IMG/VR virus record: IMGVR_UViG_3300045125_000077
Source of the DNA: a virus
Reading direction: 5' to 3' (one strand)
DNA length: 64,000 nucleotides
Shown: positions 35,814-46,918 of the stretch, piece by piece
Layout of the letters: every line of letters begins with the position of its first letter
Position numbering within the stretch: the stretch's first letter is position 1
The notes under the pieces: generated by a model
Seen by the model: the letters and a program-made list of their open reading frames with translations, nothing else
Databases searched by the model: none
What the model was told of the DNA's origin: nothing
Made by a program: the position numbers and the translations under genes

Positions 35814-36270
35814 TTATGCGGGACGTTTTGCTTTTGCCTTAGCGTCCACTGCCTTTTAAAAGTTTTGAATAATCACGAGTTAAAGCATTTGCTACAGCGG
35901 CTACTTCTTTATTTTCGTTCAATGCTTCTTTTGGCAAAGTTTTGATAACATCCAATGCCGAAGGAACGGAAGTTTGTTCTTCTGTTGGAACACCTCCCAC
36001 GGTTTCGTTCAATACCTGATTTAGTATTGGATTTTTTGTATATATTTTTGGAGCGGACGCGGGCTGTCTTTTGACGGGCTCTTCAAGTCCAACATCAAAT
36101 GACGGTTTTCTAGACGAAGTTTGTTCTGGCTGCTTTCTTGATTCAAGTATTGCGGCAGAGTTTTCAGTCATTTTTTCTGCAAGCACTTCCATCAATAGCT
36201 GCGGAAGAGCATTATGAACTTCTTCTTTTACTATAGTTCTTATAATATCTACTAGTTCGGTCTTTTTCAT
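35814..36270 (-). CDS. hypothetical protein
   Basis: ORF 35839-36270 MKKTELVDIIRTIVKEEV...NPILNQVLNET; the corrected end is at 35814. Confidence 0.65.
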
Positions 36271-36310
36271 ATATATGGTCCTTTATATAAATATATGTTA
36301 TTTTAAATAA

Positions 36311-37553
36311 TCATCCACCTGGTGGTGAAGTTGGTGCGGGGGTTCTATTATTTGTTGGAGAAAATGATACCATATTTGCCAAATTGGCACCGGTTTGTGA
36401 AGCTGCCGAAGATAAAGTTGACCCAAGTTTGGCTGCTGTTCCACCAAGGTCTGTATTGCTTAGGTTTTGACCAACTTGTGATACGGCACTTGTCGCACCA
36501 GATGCAAGCTGAACTATAGGACTTGCCACCGCCTTTCCAACTTCTCTTAAAGATTCTTTAAATTTTTCAAATTCCGAAGTGTTTGGCGGCGGAGCCTTTA
36601 TAACTTTTTCGTTTCCTTCATCGTCTTTGACAACTTGGTCTGGATTTTCTTTATTATAATTATTAACGAACTGCTGCTCTGCTGAGTTAATCAAATCTAT
36701 GTTCCCATCTATTATGATGTTCAATCCATTTTCTCTTATATTATTAATATCGTCAATGAAACCCTGTCACTTCATCGATTCGGTCTCGTATTTGATTTTC
36801 TAACTCTGCTAGACCGGATTGTTCTTTTATGTCTTCAATCAAATCTTCCAATCAAAGCTTTCGCAACTTCGCCGATGTTTCCAGAGGCAATAATTTTTAT
36901 TATACTTATTGCCGCACCGACCATCGCGGGATTGAAAGTAAGGCCGGAATAAACGGAGGAATCGCAATTTTTGATAATATTCTCTCCAACAACCACTTTG
37001 GTCCAGCTCCTAGAATCATCGTAATTTCCCCAAGGCCGGGAAAATTAAAATTTGGAAAGTTTATTCCAGAAATAGCTTGTGCAATTGTAGAAGATATTTG
37101 AGTTGTCACCCCAGAAATTAATCCTGGTGCTAGTGTATTTATTGCCTGTGTGGCAGACATATTTGTATTTACTCCCAAGCTTCTCGCGGCAACGTCTGCT
37201 ACGCCCAACGCAGTTCTTGGACCGCCTCCCCGAAGGGCGGAAGCAACGGCTAAACCAGCAGATAAAGCTTCTCCGGTTCCAATTTGACGATTTCCTTGCG
37301 CGTCCGTAGTTCTTGCTCCAGAAGTAGTAGACAATATGGAAGGTGCAGATAAAATGTTTAATGATGCTCCTCTCAGGGAAACTCCTCCGCGACCAATATT
37401 AATTCCAACCGATGCATTTATTTGTCCAGAAGATGGAGACGATGTTCTGCTTCCCCCACCAACAGATACAGTAGTAGATGTTCTTCCTCTTAACGCAGAA
37501 GGTGAAGGTCTAAAAATCGTTGGTGCCGGAACTATAGATAGTGTTTGTGCCAT
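36311..37553 (-). CDS. hypothetical baseplate-cluster protein, Gly/Ser/Ala-rich (frameshifted)
   Basis: ORFs 36906-37592 and 36311-36724; lies between the gp5-like and gp25-like genes. Confidence 0.5.
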
Positions 37554-37557
37554 ATTA

Positions 37558-38991
37558 TTAATCTGGTCCGCCAGATACGAATACACGAGCACTCATCAAC
37601 ATCGGCGTTTTTAATTGATGAGTTTTTAAAACTACTTGGGCACTTATTAAGCTCTGAAGTTGTATACCCCATAATATCATCGCTGGTGGAAATGCCGGTG
37701 TAGTTGGTCCAACTTTTGTAAAGTGGAAGTGAGCAATTGTAGTTATAAGTATTTGAATTTGTAAATTAATATTAAGCAATAACCAATCGCATAATTGACT
37801 TAACCAATCTACCGTGCTTCTTCCCAACAATGCTGGTTGATATGGTTTTGCGTGGTCTCCGAGATAAATTTTTCTGCTGCTGAGTGTGATAGTTTTCATG
37901 CTCGTTAGAGTCATTCTTTTTATACAATCTAGAGTTACTTCCTCGTCCGAAACTAGCGCGAGCCTTTTCTTTGAAAAGAATAGCATCTCATTCGCTTTAG
38001 AAGATAGTATGATTCTATCACTATTAATTATAATTTGGTCTCCGTCATATGCTCTTGGTAAATCTCTCGCCGGTCGTTTTCCACTTATAATTGGTTTTGA
38101 TGTAGGAGGAACAAATCTTGATTTTGTTTTACCGGAAGTAATATGAATAGAAGAACCATCCTTATTGATATCTTCTATCGTATACCCCTTTCCTGTTTTT
38201 CCTTGAGGAATAGTTACTGGAGCTTGGCGGTTTCTTATTAATATCATCGGATTTCCGCCACCGTCCGAATAATCTCCACTTCCATTATCATTACCTCTAT
38301 TGCCGTCATATGCACCAAATCGTATAGAAGACCCAAATCTTGATTGAAGGATGGTATCTCCCTCATATACTCTCAATCCGCGTATTTTTGGATTAAACTT
38401 GAAGTAATTGCCAAGTATACCAGAGTAATCTTCTCCTCCCGAAAAATTCATTTTTGACTCTTTTCCGACTATAGTTTTGTTCGCAGAATATGTGTTTATA
38501 TTTTTCCCGACTTCTCCCGATGTTCTTTCAGCGGAGAAATCTGCGTTTGCATTTACTGTGGAATTTACATTTAGCTTTCTGGTATAGAAGTATTGGTCTC
38601 TGTATTTTCCAACAATTACTATTTCATTCATCAACGGATATTCAACCACGCCCGTATTTTCCATCGGAAATGCCCAATCAAGATTTTCTTTTTCCGCACT
38701 TTTTTGGCTGTTTATGAACCTAAACCTTATTCTACCTATCCACGAATAATCTTTATCTGTACCAACTGGACTGCTACCATCTATATTTGGTGGCCAAGTA
38801 TCAATTACCAACTGAGATGATTGTACTTCAGGATGATTTTCGTCAAGTACAACGTCCAATACAACTGCCTCTTCTAGTTCATAAAAAAATGTTGCGTCTG
38901 GCTTTCTTTCTATAACAAATCTTTTTGACGCAAGTGAATCGTCTTGTTTGATACTTTGCTCTGCTCTGCGGTCTATGTTAGAATATGCCAT
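37558..38991 (-). CDS. baseplate hub / central spike protein (T4 gp5/VgrG-like, no lysozyme domain seen)
   Basis: N-terminal OB-fold-like GRIRFR...AFP...YPLMNEIVIV; YEGDTILQSRFGSSIRFG; GDQIIINSDRIILSSK beta-helix; C-terminal H-x-H-x-H-like AHFHF tip. Confidence 0.75.
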   Translation of the reverse strand: MAYSNIDRRAEQSIKQDDSLASKRFVIERKPDATFFYELEEAVVLDVVLDENHPEVQSSQLVIDTWPPNIDGSSPVGTDKDYSWIGRIRFRFINSQKSAEKENLDWAFPMENTGVVEYPLMNEIVIVGKYRDQYFYTRKLNVNSTVNANADFSAERTSGEVGKNINTYSANKTIVGKESKMNFSGGEDYSGILGNYFKFNPKIRGLRVYEGDTILQSRFGSSIRFGAYDGNRGNDNGSGDYSDGGGNPMILIRNRQAPVTIPQGKTGKGYTIEDINKDGSSIHITSGKTKSRFVPPTSKPIISGKRPARDLPRAYDGDQIIINSDRIILSSKANEMLFFSKKRLALVSDEEVTLDCIKRMTLTSMKTITLSSRKIYLGDHAKPYQPALLGRSTVDWLSQLCDWLLLNINLQIQILITTIAHFHFTKVGPTTPAFPPAMILWGIQLQSLISAQVVLKTHQLKTPMLMSARVFVSGGPD

Positions 38992-38994
38992 AAA

Positions 38995-39375
38995 TTATTT
39001 AACCTTTTTATCTTCTGTAACTTCTGGCTTTTTTAGCTGTCTGGCGGTTTCTTCTACTGTAGCCATTAGTTGCTTTCTTTCGTCCTCTGTCAATAACATA
39101 CCACCGCCGTCACCATCTGGACCAAGTTTGTTGCTCATTATACGCTGTATTATAGCAGCAAGTTTGATGAGTTGTTCGTCATTTCGCACACCAACATCAA
39201 AATATTCTTTGAGTAAAGGTACAATCATTGTAGCATCATTGATAGTCTTTATCATTTCACGCAGGTCTGTAATCAGAATATCTATCTGAGTTTTCTTTTC
39301 TTCGCTGTTTTTGACTATGTCTTTACACAGGTCAGAAAAGCTTTTACCTTTGTATATTTCAATGTCATTATCCAT
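38995..39375 (-). CDS. conserved hypothetical phage protein (126 aa)
   Basis: Intact ORF; TATTTATA box 5 nt upstream. Confidence 0.7.
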   Translation of the reverse strand: MDNDIEIYKGKSFSDLCKDIVKNSEEKKTQIDILITDLREMIKTINDATMIVPLLKEYFDVGVRNDEQLIKLAAIIQRIMSNKLGPDGDGGGMLLTEDERKQLMATVEETARQLKKPEVTEDKKVK

Positions 39376-39405
39376 ATGACTATAAATAGTCTTTATAATA
39401 TATAT

Positions 39406-40315
39406 TTAGACTCTTGCTCCGCTTATTGTGCCACGGTTTAAATATTCTTCTGCTATGTTTTGCTGTGTAGCCTTCATTTTATTGATGACTTTTGTGATTT
39501 TTTGTGTCTGGCAGTCTGCGATTTCTCGTATATATAGATATAGTGCCTTTTTATTAAATACATCAATACGGTCAGCGTTTCTGAATATTTCTATAACAGC
39601 GTGAGCAATCTTTAGGTCTTTTTCTTTGGTAAACATCTTATGCACATTCTTGTCCCAATAATCTACCATTAGTGCTATAAATTCTCGTGTTTCACTTTCT
39701 TGCTTTTCGTGTTCTGGTTCTACAACAAACTCGCCAGCATCGCCCGCTTGCTCACATATTTCAACGTGCTTTTTGAAACGCTTATATGTTGTATTATTGT
39801 CTAGAATAAACCAGTTCTTGGCTACAATACTGAAATAACTAAACGCCTTACCCTTACCATGGCTCATATTTGTCTATATTAGCCACCATATGCGATATAG
39901 CCTGCTTTTGTATTTCAAGTGGGCTAACATCTGCATAACTAAACTTGAATGTGTTATAAACGTTTTCTGCTATCTTGAAAAAGGCTTGTTGAATATGTTC
40001 TGTGTATATTCTATCTTTTTCTCTTGAATCTTCTGCTTTGTTATATGCTATGATGGCGGCTTCTGTTTCTGGTGTAAAATATACGTTTGATACTTTTGGT
40101 GCTCCATCTTTTTGCTTGTTCTTGGCACCTTTTGGTCTGCCTCTTGGTCGCTTCTTTGGCTCAAGCGGCGTATCGTTGATTACTACCGGAACTATAATCT
40201 GCTTTTTTACCTTTGGTTGCTTTTTTACCTTTTTTATCTTCTTGGCTTGAACTCGCTTAACCTTTTTGACGAGTTTTGCTTTCTTGTTTTTCTTATTCAG
40301 TTTTTTCTTTTTCAT
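39406..40315 (-). CDS. phage RNA polymerase sigma factor (gp55-like/late) with a Lys-rich, AT-hook-bearing N-terminal extension
   Basis: YFTPETEAAIIAYN...KIAEN...KY(E)P-KGKAFSYFSIVAKN (sigma region 2) across one frameshift; C-terminal HTH-like KKALYLYIREIADCQTQKITKVI. Confidence 0.75.
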
Positions 40316-40318
40316 ATT

Positions 40319-40574
40319 TTATTTTATCTTCTCGTCAAATTCTTTGGTTATTTTTACTATTTCTGAAAACACGAACCCTACATCATCATCTTTCTCAAAA
40401 AGATTTCTGTCATCAACCGCCTTTATACGTGTATATACATCAGATACTTCTTTGCGAAACATATTCCAACCAATCTTCATATATTTCTATCTTTTTTATA
40501 AGATTATAACAGGCATATGCCAACGCACACGTTGATGCGAAAAATATAACCATTAGAGTCGTTAGTAACCACAT
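40319..40574 (-). CDS. small membrane-anchored hypothetical protein
   Basis: MWLLTTLMVIFFASTCALAYACY hydrophobic segment followed by a charged helix (frameshift joined). Confidence 0.6.
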
Positions 40575-40578
40575 AAAC

Positions 40579-40740
40579 TTATTCTTGTTCTTCTTCGTCT
40601 TCTGACTCTTCATCAGCATCATATCCAAGTTCTTCTTTGATGATGCCCAATGCTTCTTCAACAGACGGCCAACTACGGCTATCAAGAGCATATTCTAATA
40701 GTTCTTTTACTTCTTCTAGGTTGTCTGGGTCAATGTTCAT
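40579..40740 (-). CDS. small acidic hypothetical protein
   Basis: Hand translation MNIDPDNLEEVKELLEYALDSRSWPSVEEALGIIKEELGYDADEESEDEEEQE*. Confidence 0.6.
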   Translation of the reverse strand: MNIDPDNLEEVKELLEYALDSRSWPSVEEALGIIKEELGYDADEESEDEEEQE

Positions 40741-41354
40741 AGTATTTTCCATCCTTGTTCAACGAGTTCTAAAGCCTTCTTGTATTTTATATATTGTGTT
40801 TCACCATTTTTTTCCACAACAACCTTATCATTTCTGCCGTGTTTTATCTTTTTTCTACCTGGCTTTATAAACTTGGTGCCTTCATCTATCATCAACTTAC
40901 CGTTCAAATGGTCAATCTCGTGCTGAACACAAATAGTTTCTAATATTCCAACATCATCATATACGCTTTCTTTGGTTGGTGGATTAGTATCTGGACCAAA
41001 TGGAATAGGATTGGCGTGATTTAGAGTATTTACCGTTACTCTCAACTTACGCACGGTATTACAACTCTTGCCAGGCAAACTTAGGCAACCTTCAAGATAA
41101 ATGATATTATCGTTGCTTGCTTCTGTTATAACTGGATTCATCAACACAACTGGCGGCTGGTCTTTTCTGGCTCTAACAACAGAAACGCTTTTTGATATTC
41201 CTATTTGATTGGCAGATAGTCCAACTCCACCGTGAGGCAAACTATCTAAAGTTTCTATAAGTTTATTTGCTATTTCTTGACCCTCTTCAACTGAAGATAC
41301 AGGTGTTGTTGGTTTGCGTAGAAAATCTTTATCCTTGACTATTTTATAACTCAT
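40737..41354 (-). CDS. def: peptide deformylase
   Basis: GVGLSANQIG, EGCLS and QHEIDHLNG, the three PDF motifs. Confidence 0.95.
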   Translation of the reverse strand: MSYKIVKDKDFLRKPTTPVSSVEEGQEIANKLIETLDSLPHGGVGLSANQIGISKSVSVVRARKDQPPVVLMNPVITEASNDNIIYLEGCLSLPGKSCNTVRKLRVTVNTLNHANPIPFGPDTNPPTKESVYDDVGILETICVQHEIDHLNGKLMIDEGTKFIKPGRKKIKHGRNDKVVVEKNGETQYIKYKKALELVEQGWKIL

Positions 41355-41384
41355 ACTATGTGAATATTTGTTTTACAATTCACA

Positions 41385-41412
41385 TATATATCTGTGTATT
41401 TTATTTTGTCAA
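41385..41412 (-). promoter_or_regulatory. sigma70-like promoter TTGACA-N16-TATATA upstream of def
   Basis: Motif read directly; same spacing as the other promoters of this class. Confidence 0.5.
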
Positions 41413-41428
41413 ATTATAATAAAACAAT

Positions 41429-42926
41429 TTATGGATTAGGACGACTAAAACGTTCATAATCTCTCAAAAATGGTTCATTTGGTGCAGGCGGTGGCTCTAT
41501 TCTATCCTGTAGTTGTTGATTATATTCATCTACTTTTGGTTCTTGTACAACCTGTTCCTGCGTTGGCTCTGGCGTTGGTTCCGGCGTAGGTGATGGCGAC
41601 GACGTAGGCTCTGGCGTAGATGACGCCGTTGGCGTTGGCGTAGGCAACGGAGTAGACGTTGGTGTTACGGTCGACACAACTTCTTCTTTCTTTTTTCCTA
41701 TCAATGTATTATATGCCAAAATCAAACATACTGCTAGTGGGTCAAACACAAGCATAATAGACCATATAAAATAATTGACTGCTGCATCCAATGGTATACC
41801 AAGGCTCTTAGCAATAAACTTGAATGTACCCACATCTGTTTTGACTATCTTGTCTTTGAACTCTGTATTTTGATTGCGTAGTTCTTGTATTTGGTTTTGA
41901 TAATCTATTACCTTCTTTTTTACCAGCATCAACCAGTTCATCCTTTTTGCTGTTCAACGATGATATTTTATTGTCCGACTCTTTGTTGTATGCGTCGATA
42001 GAAGCCATTATTTCTTCTATGTCTTTTTCAAGTTTCTTGATACTTGCTTCTATATCACCACGCTGACCTTTGCTTCTGCTTTCTATTGCTGCTACACGGT
42101 CATTATATTCTTTTACTTGCGTAGCATACTGTGCTCTCAACTTTTCTATTCTGTCTTGAGCATTTTTGATTTGAGCGTCTATGTCTCCACGTTCTTTTGC
42201 CTGACCTTCTTTGACGACTCTTGCTTTGTCCAATCCGCTCTTCTTGAATAATCCACCGGCACCTTCATCCATCCACTTTTGAACTTCTTTGTCTAATATT
42301 TCCAAACGAGCATTATACAACTTTACTTGCTCAAGTTCTCTGGCTATATCAGTATCTGTGGAAGATTTTGCCAGTTCAAGTGCCTCTTTGCTGCTGCTAT
42401 ATCTGCTGAAGCATCTTGGGTTGTATTTGCTGATTTGCGAATACTTTCTATCTGTTGATTTTTGTGCTACAACTTGCAGTTTTTGTTCTATAAACTTTTT
42501 CTGTTGGCATCAACGCCCGCTATTTCTTCAGAGTTATAATCTGAACTCTTTATGACTTCTATTGATTTTTCAAACTCTTTTATCTTTACGTTATTAGACT
42601 CTATATTCTGTTCATATCCTTGAACAGCAATAGATGTGGCCGTATATCCAGCACTCAAATATCCATATATACCAATGGATGTTATGCCCATCAGAAACAA
42701 TGTAGCAAGCAACATATATGTTTTCATCCACCATCCAATCTCTTTCCATTTTTTGTTTCAAGAATGTGGCAGTTATGATTTTGCCTATTTCAAGTGCAGT
42801 GCCCATTATAATAATAGACAATCCACCGCCAACAAACAATAGTTTCAACCCTATAATGCTAAAATATGCACCGCACACTGATATTGCTATACCACTAAGT
42901 AACACTAAAAACGCTAAGATATTCAT
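41429..42926 (-). CDS. membrane protein with N-terminal TM helices, long coiled coil, C-terminal TM and Pro/Thr-rich tail (frameshifted)
   Basis: MNILAFLVLLSGIAISVCGAYFSIIGL...ALEIGKI...TSIGIYGYLS; coiled coil; FIWSIMLVFDPLAVCLILAYN; TPTSTPLPTPTP tail. Confidence 0.75.
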
Positions 42927-42949
42927 GTTAAAATAAATATCATATATAC

Positions 42950-42985
42950 AAAAAGAAAATCCCGAACTTTTTATAGTTCGGGATT
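42950..42985 (-). terminator. intrinsic terminator
   Basis: 11-bp stem AATCCCGAACT/AGTTCGGGATT followed by TTTCTTTTT on the minus strand. Confidence 0.75.
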
Positions 42986-42999
42986 ATTGTATAAAATAT

Positions 43000-43648
43000 A
43001 ATTAAATTTTAAAATTCTCTAATAATATGTATTATTTCTGCTTTTTCATGTATTTTACCAAAAGCGCATAAAGTGGCTTTTCTATTTTCTTAAATCCCTT
43101 CAAGATTACAAATGTTCTATCATTTTTGTTGTGATGATCTGATATTCTTTTCTTGAGTCCTTGAATCTTATTTCATGGCCTTCTATTTCAGCGTCGAGTA
43201 CTTGGGAAAACTCATTGAATCTATTTCCTCCATAAGGATCTTCGTGTGCTATGAGCACAGTTTCCAACGCCATTTTAAGGTCGGGCAGTTCAAAAATGTT
43301 CCAACCAGTTTTCCCATTCTTTCCACACGCCATATTTTTCTAGAAGGTTATTACTTGTTCAATAAAATCAGAATCCTCTAAAACTTTCTTCGGATCAAGT
43401 GGTTCACGATCAGATTCGGCACCTCTCAATCCAGCCGCTGTCAACCCCGCACCTGCAAGACCCATTCCCAGTTTTTTAAGAAAATCTCTACGGCCCATAT
43501 CGGCTTCTGACAGTACACCGTGTGTCATCAACGATTCAACTAATCTTGGATTTGATCGAAGATATTCTGTGATCTTATTGGCTTCACTGATGATGCGCAT
43601 TTCTTCAACTGTTTCTCTGATTAACTGCTTTAATTCTGATTTTTTCAT
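43000..43648 (-). CDS. hypothetical protein with an internal twin-arginine-like motif (probably one frameshifted gene)
   Basis: MKKSELKQLIRE...VLSEADMGRRDFLKKLGMGLAGAGLTAAG; ORF 43106-43333 continues it; the end is approximate. Confidence 0.55.
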
Positions 43649-43720
43649 ATTATAATAAATGGGTTTATAATAATAAATATATACAAAACGAAGAAACTGT
43701 CGTATTTTCGAAGTTTTATA

Positions 43721-44502
43721 TCAAGTAGCCATATCAAGAAACTCTGCTTTTTGAGATGCTTTGTTGTCTGCGTGCCATTGTATTCTATTCTGGCATTTTG
43801 CATAATACTCACCACTGATTTCAGAACTATAGCATTTTCTATTTTGACGCATACAAGCAATATATGTTGTAGCAGAGCCTCCAAATGGATCAACTACCAC
43901 ATCATTCTCATTAGTATGCTTTTGTATAAGTTCTTCAAATAACTCAAGCGACTTTTGCGTAGGATGAATGCGGTCTACTTCACGCTTGCCTTGATATATA
44001 GGATATTTGTAAATACCATTATCATATTCAGAGTTGAATATAGCCTTGCCGCCTTTGATACAAGAAATAGCAATCTCGCGTGAGTTGCTAAGATATGTTG
44101 CCTTAGAGTTGATAGGCACGGGGTTGGTCTTGACCCATTCAATAAATCGCAGCTTGCCAAACTTATGTTTTTCAAGCAGTTTGCTTAGTGTTTCAATCTT
44201 CCATAAGTCAAAAAGATGATACAAGAACCGCCATTCTTCAAAATGCGACTAAACTCACCAATAAACTTATCAAGGTCGTCTAAAGTAAAACTATTATCCC
44301 AATCACCATAGTCAGTTTGAATAGCATACTTTTTACCATGCTCGGCTTTCTTTTGTTCAGCATCATTTGCATTGAACAAAGCATCCATGCCCGTTTTCTT
44401 TGAAATAATATATGGCGGGTCAGTAAGCACAAAATCAACAGACTTGTCTGTTATTTGTTTGAGCATATCCAAGCCATTTATATTATGAAATCCAATATCC
44501 AT
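43721..44502 (-). CDS. DNA N4/N6 methyltransferase (beta class)
   Basis: VDFVLTDPPY catalytic motif precedes HPTQKS...VVDPFGGSATT (SAM-binding); one frameshift. Confidence 0.92.
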
Positions 44503-44508
44503 AAAAAC

Positions 44509-44536
44509 ACTATACCATAAAAAGTGAGGTCGTCAA
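44509..44536 (-). promoter_or_regulatory. sigma70-like promoter TTGACG-N16-TATAGT with extended -10 (TGG)
   Basis: Immediately upstream of the methyltransferase ATG. Confidence 0.6.
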
Positions 44537-44561
44537 TAATATAAAAACCTCAGAAGTTGTA

Positions 44562-46787
44562 TTATGGACCATAACGTATGATGATTCTTACATTACTTGG
44601 TGCTGAAATACCTGTAACAGTAACAAGTGCTGAACTACTGTCCGCTGAACTAGTCATTCCATCAAAGGTACGTGTGGCGACAACTTTGTATGTTCCACCA
44701 GTATCTATTACGACTGGCGATAGAGTGTATGTCGATAATGTAGCACCAGATATAGCCACATTATTTTTATACCATTGATATGATATTGTACCTGCTCCGG
44801 AATCTGTAACAGGCGGCGCAGGAGTTGAGGACACGCCGCTTATATCCTGAAATCCGGTCGTTCCTCCATTAATGAGCGTACTGTATGATAATGGTGTTAA
44901 TGAACCATTGGCTGTGTTTACTGTATACCACTGACCATTATCAAAGGATTGACCATACAACGTTGAACCGGCTGGACCAAATGCGATCTGAAGCCTGCCT
45001 ATTATCGGAGAACCAACCGTGCCTATATTGTTGGCAGCTATAGTGCCACTTAACGGACCAGACGGCAGAGTCAGATTATAAAACATAGAACCATTGGAAA
45101 CAGTGGCATATAATGTACCATTACTAGTAATGGCTATGTCTCCAATATAATTGTTGTTTGTTGTAGGTATACCGCCCGTAAGCGTAGCGGACGAAATGCC
45201 ATTAGGAATCATTGTAGGAGTTCCTGACCCATCATATTGTAATGCAACTCGTACCAGTGTATGTGCTCAGTATAATATACCAATAAGCATTATTCCAATA
45301 TGCTCCGTTATCCGGTCGGCTGGTGGTCAATTGCCCCAAATTGATTGGCGTAGAATTGGCAGTTTGGTTCCAATACCACAGAGACGCCAGACCACTTCCA
45401 CTTGGATTAGGTGCCGCAAAAAATACTTGACCTCGGGTAGCATCAAACGCTATTCCGTTTATTGCGTTTGTTGATGTAGCACCTACGAGAGTAGAACACA
45501 TCTCGCACAGCCCTCTTTGTTCCAGTATCGCTGATTTCATAAATATTGTTGTCTGTACCAACAGTATAATAATACACCGATACTGATGCGAAGGATGACA
45601 GTGTAAGTGTATTTCCAAACTCAACACTTGTAGCAACAGGCTGAACGGTAAAGATAGGTGCCTTTAATGTTCTAACAACGTTTACTGTCGCTGTATTGCT
45701 GTCTGTAAAACTGGATACACCATCTATAGTACTGGTTGCTCTAAGTTTATACGCACCAGAGTCTGCGCTGGCGGCGGTACTCACGAGTATATAATCTAGA
45801 AGTTGCTCCTGTTATAATAACATCATCTTTGTACCATTGATATGTTGGAGTTGGTGTACCAGTAGCCAACCCAGATAATGTAAATGATTGATTGAGGTCA
45901 ATGGACACAGAGGATGGTTGAGCAGTAAATACTGGTGCCGCAAGTGTTCTAACTACGGTTATTGTTACTATATTACTATCAACTGAACTAGATGCTCCAT
46001 TTAGTGTATTGGTGGCAACAACCTTATAATCGCCGCCATTGGTACTAATAGCAGAACTTACGGTATATGATGTAGATGTGGCTCCAGTTATAGCGACGTT
46101 GTCTTTATACCATTGGTATGTTGGAGTCGGAGTGCCGGTCGCCAGTGCCGATAGTGTAAATGACTGTGTAAGATTTACTGTTGCGGCGACGGGTTGCGTA
46201 GTAAATGTGGGCGGCACCAAAACTTCTATAACAGTAACTGCTACCGCATTGCTATCCGTAGAAACTACTGTTCCGCTAACAGTATTACTTGCTGATACTT
46301 TGTATGTGCCCGCATCAGCAAGAACTGCCGATGATACTGTATATGTAGCAGATGTTGCACCTGATATAGCAACATTATTTTTAAACCATTGATATGTTGG
46401 TGGAGAGTCGCCCGTGGCGAGAGATGATAGTGTAAAAGATTGGCCGACAGATGCGTTAGTAGCAACTGGCTGTAGTGTAAAACCGGTGGATTGACCACAC
46501 TTAAATTTGCAATATTTGAAACACTATTTCCTAACGAGTTACTAACTTCTACAGTATAAGCGGCGGCATCTGATATTGGTAACATTCGCTAACACATACG
46601 ATATAGACGTTGCACCTGCAATATTCGTTCCCCCTTTTTCCATTGATATGTAAACGGGGCTGTTCCGCTGGCGGTAACATCAAAGGTGACAGTCTGACCA
46701 ACTTTAGCAACCGGATTAACATCTTGAGCATATCCCATACTCGCATAATGCAAGTATATAAAAAAGTATCTTGATATAGTTCTTCAT
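44562..46787 (-). CDS. secreted tandem immunoglobulin (I-set-like) domain protein with an inserted beta-propeller (~740 aa, frameshifted)
   Basis: Signal-peptide-like MKNYIKILFYILAL...YA-QD; five Ig repeats (P.FT.QP...FTLS..ATG.P.PTYQWYK...I.GATS..Y.V......GDY.VVA.N); propeller with GIAFD, GDIAIT, QIAFGP and GFQDISG. Confidence 0.8.
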
Positions 46788-46826
46788 TTTGGCCTATATT
46801 GATGGTAGGCAGCATTTTGTCAAGAT

Positions 46827-46859
46827 AAAAAAACAACCCCACATTTCTGCGGGGTTGTT
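46827..46859 (-). terminator. intrinsic terminator
   Basis: 12-bp stem AACAACCCCGCA-GAAA-TGTGGGGTTGTT followed by a T run. Confidence 0.9.
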
Positions 46860-46918
46860 AGGGGTGACTTATTCAGCTACCCTCCACCAGTCTCTATCGA
46901 GACAATATAACCATTAAG
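46827..46918 (-). ncRNA. candidate ~90-nt small RNA (two hairpins plus terminator)
   Basis: Own promoter TTGACA(46947-52)-N16-TATTAT(46925-30); hairpins GTCTC-GATA-GAGAC and GGGTAGCT-GAATA-AGTCACCC; ends in a strong terminator; the only ORF is 6 codons long. Confidence 0.5.

Noticed and set aside
46795-46823. TTGACA promoter for the Ig gene
   Set aside because: The -35 is perfect but the -10 at 16-17 bp (CAATAT/AATATA) is weak, so it is not listed as a feature.
46860-46905. Resemblance of GAGACTGGTGGAGGG...CAACC to a SAM-I riboswitch or IS200/IS605 end
   Set aside because: The SAM-I core (AUC...GAG P1, GCAAC, kink-turn) cannot be folded here, and no tnpA/tnpB/iscB is adjacent. It is kept only as an unclassified sRNA candidate.
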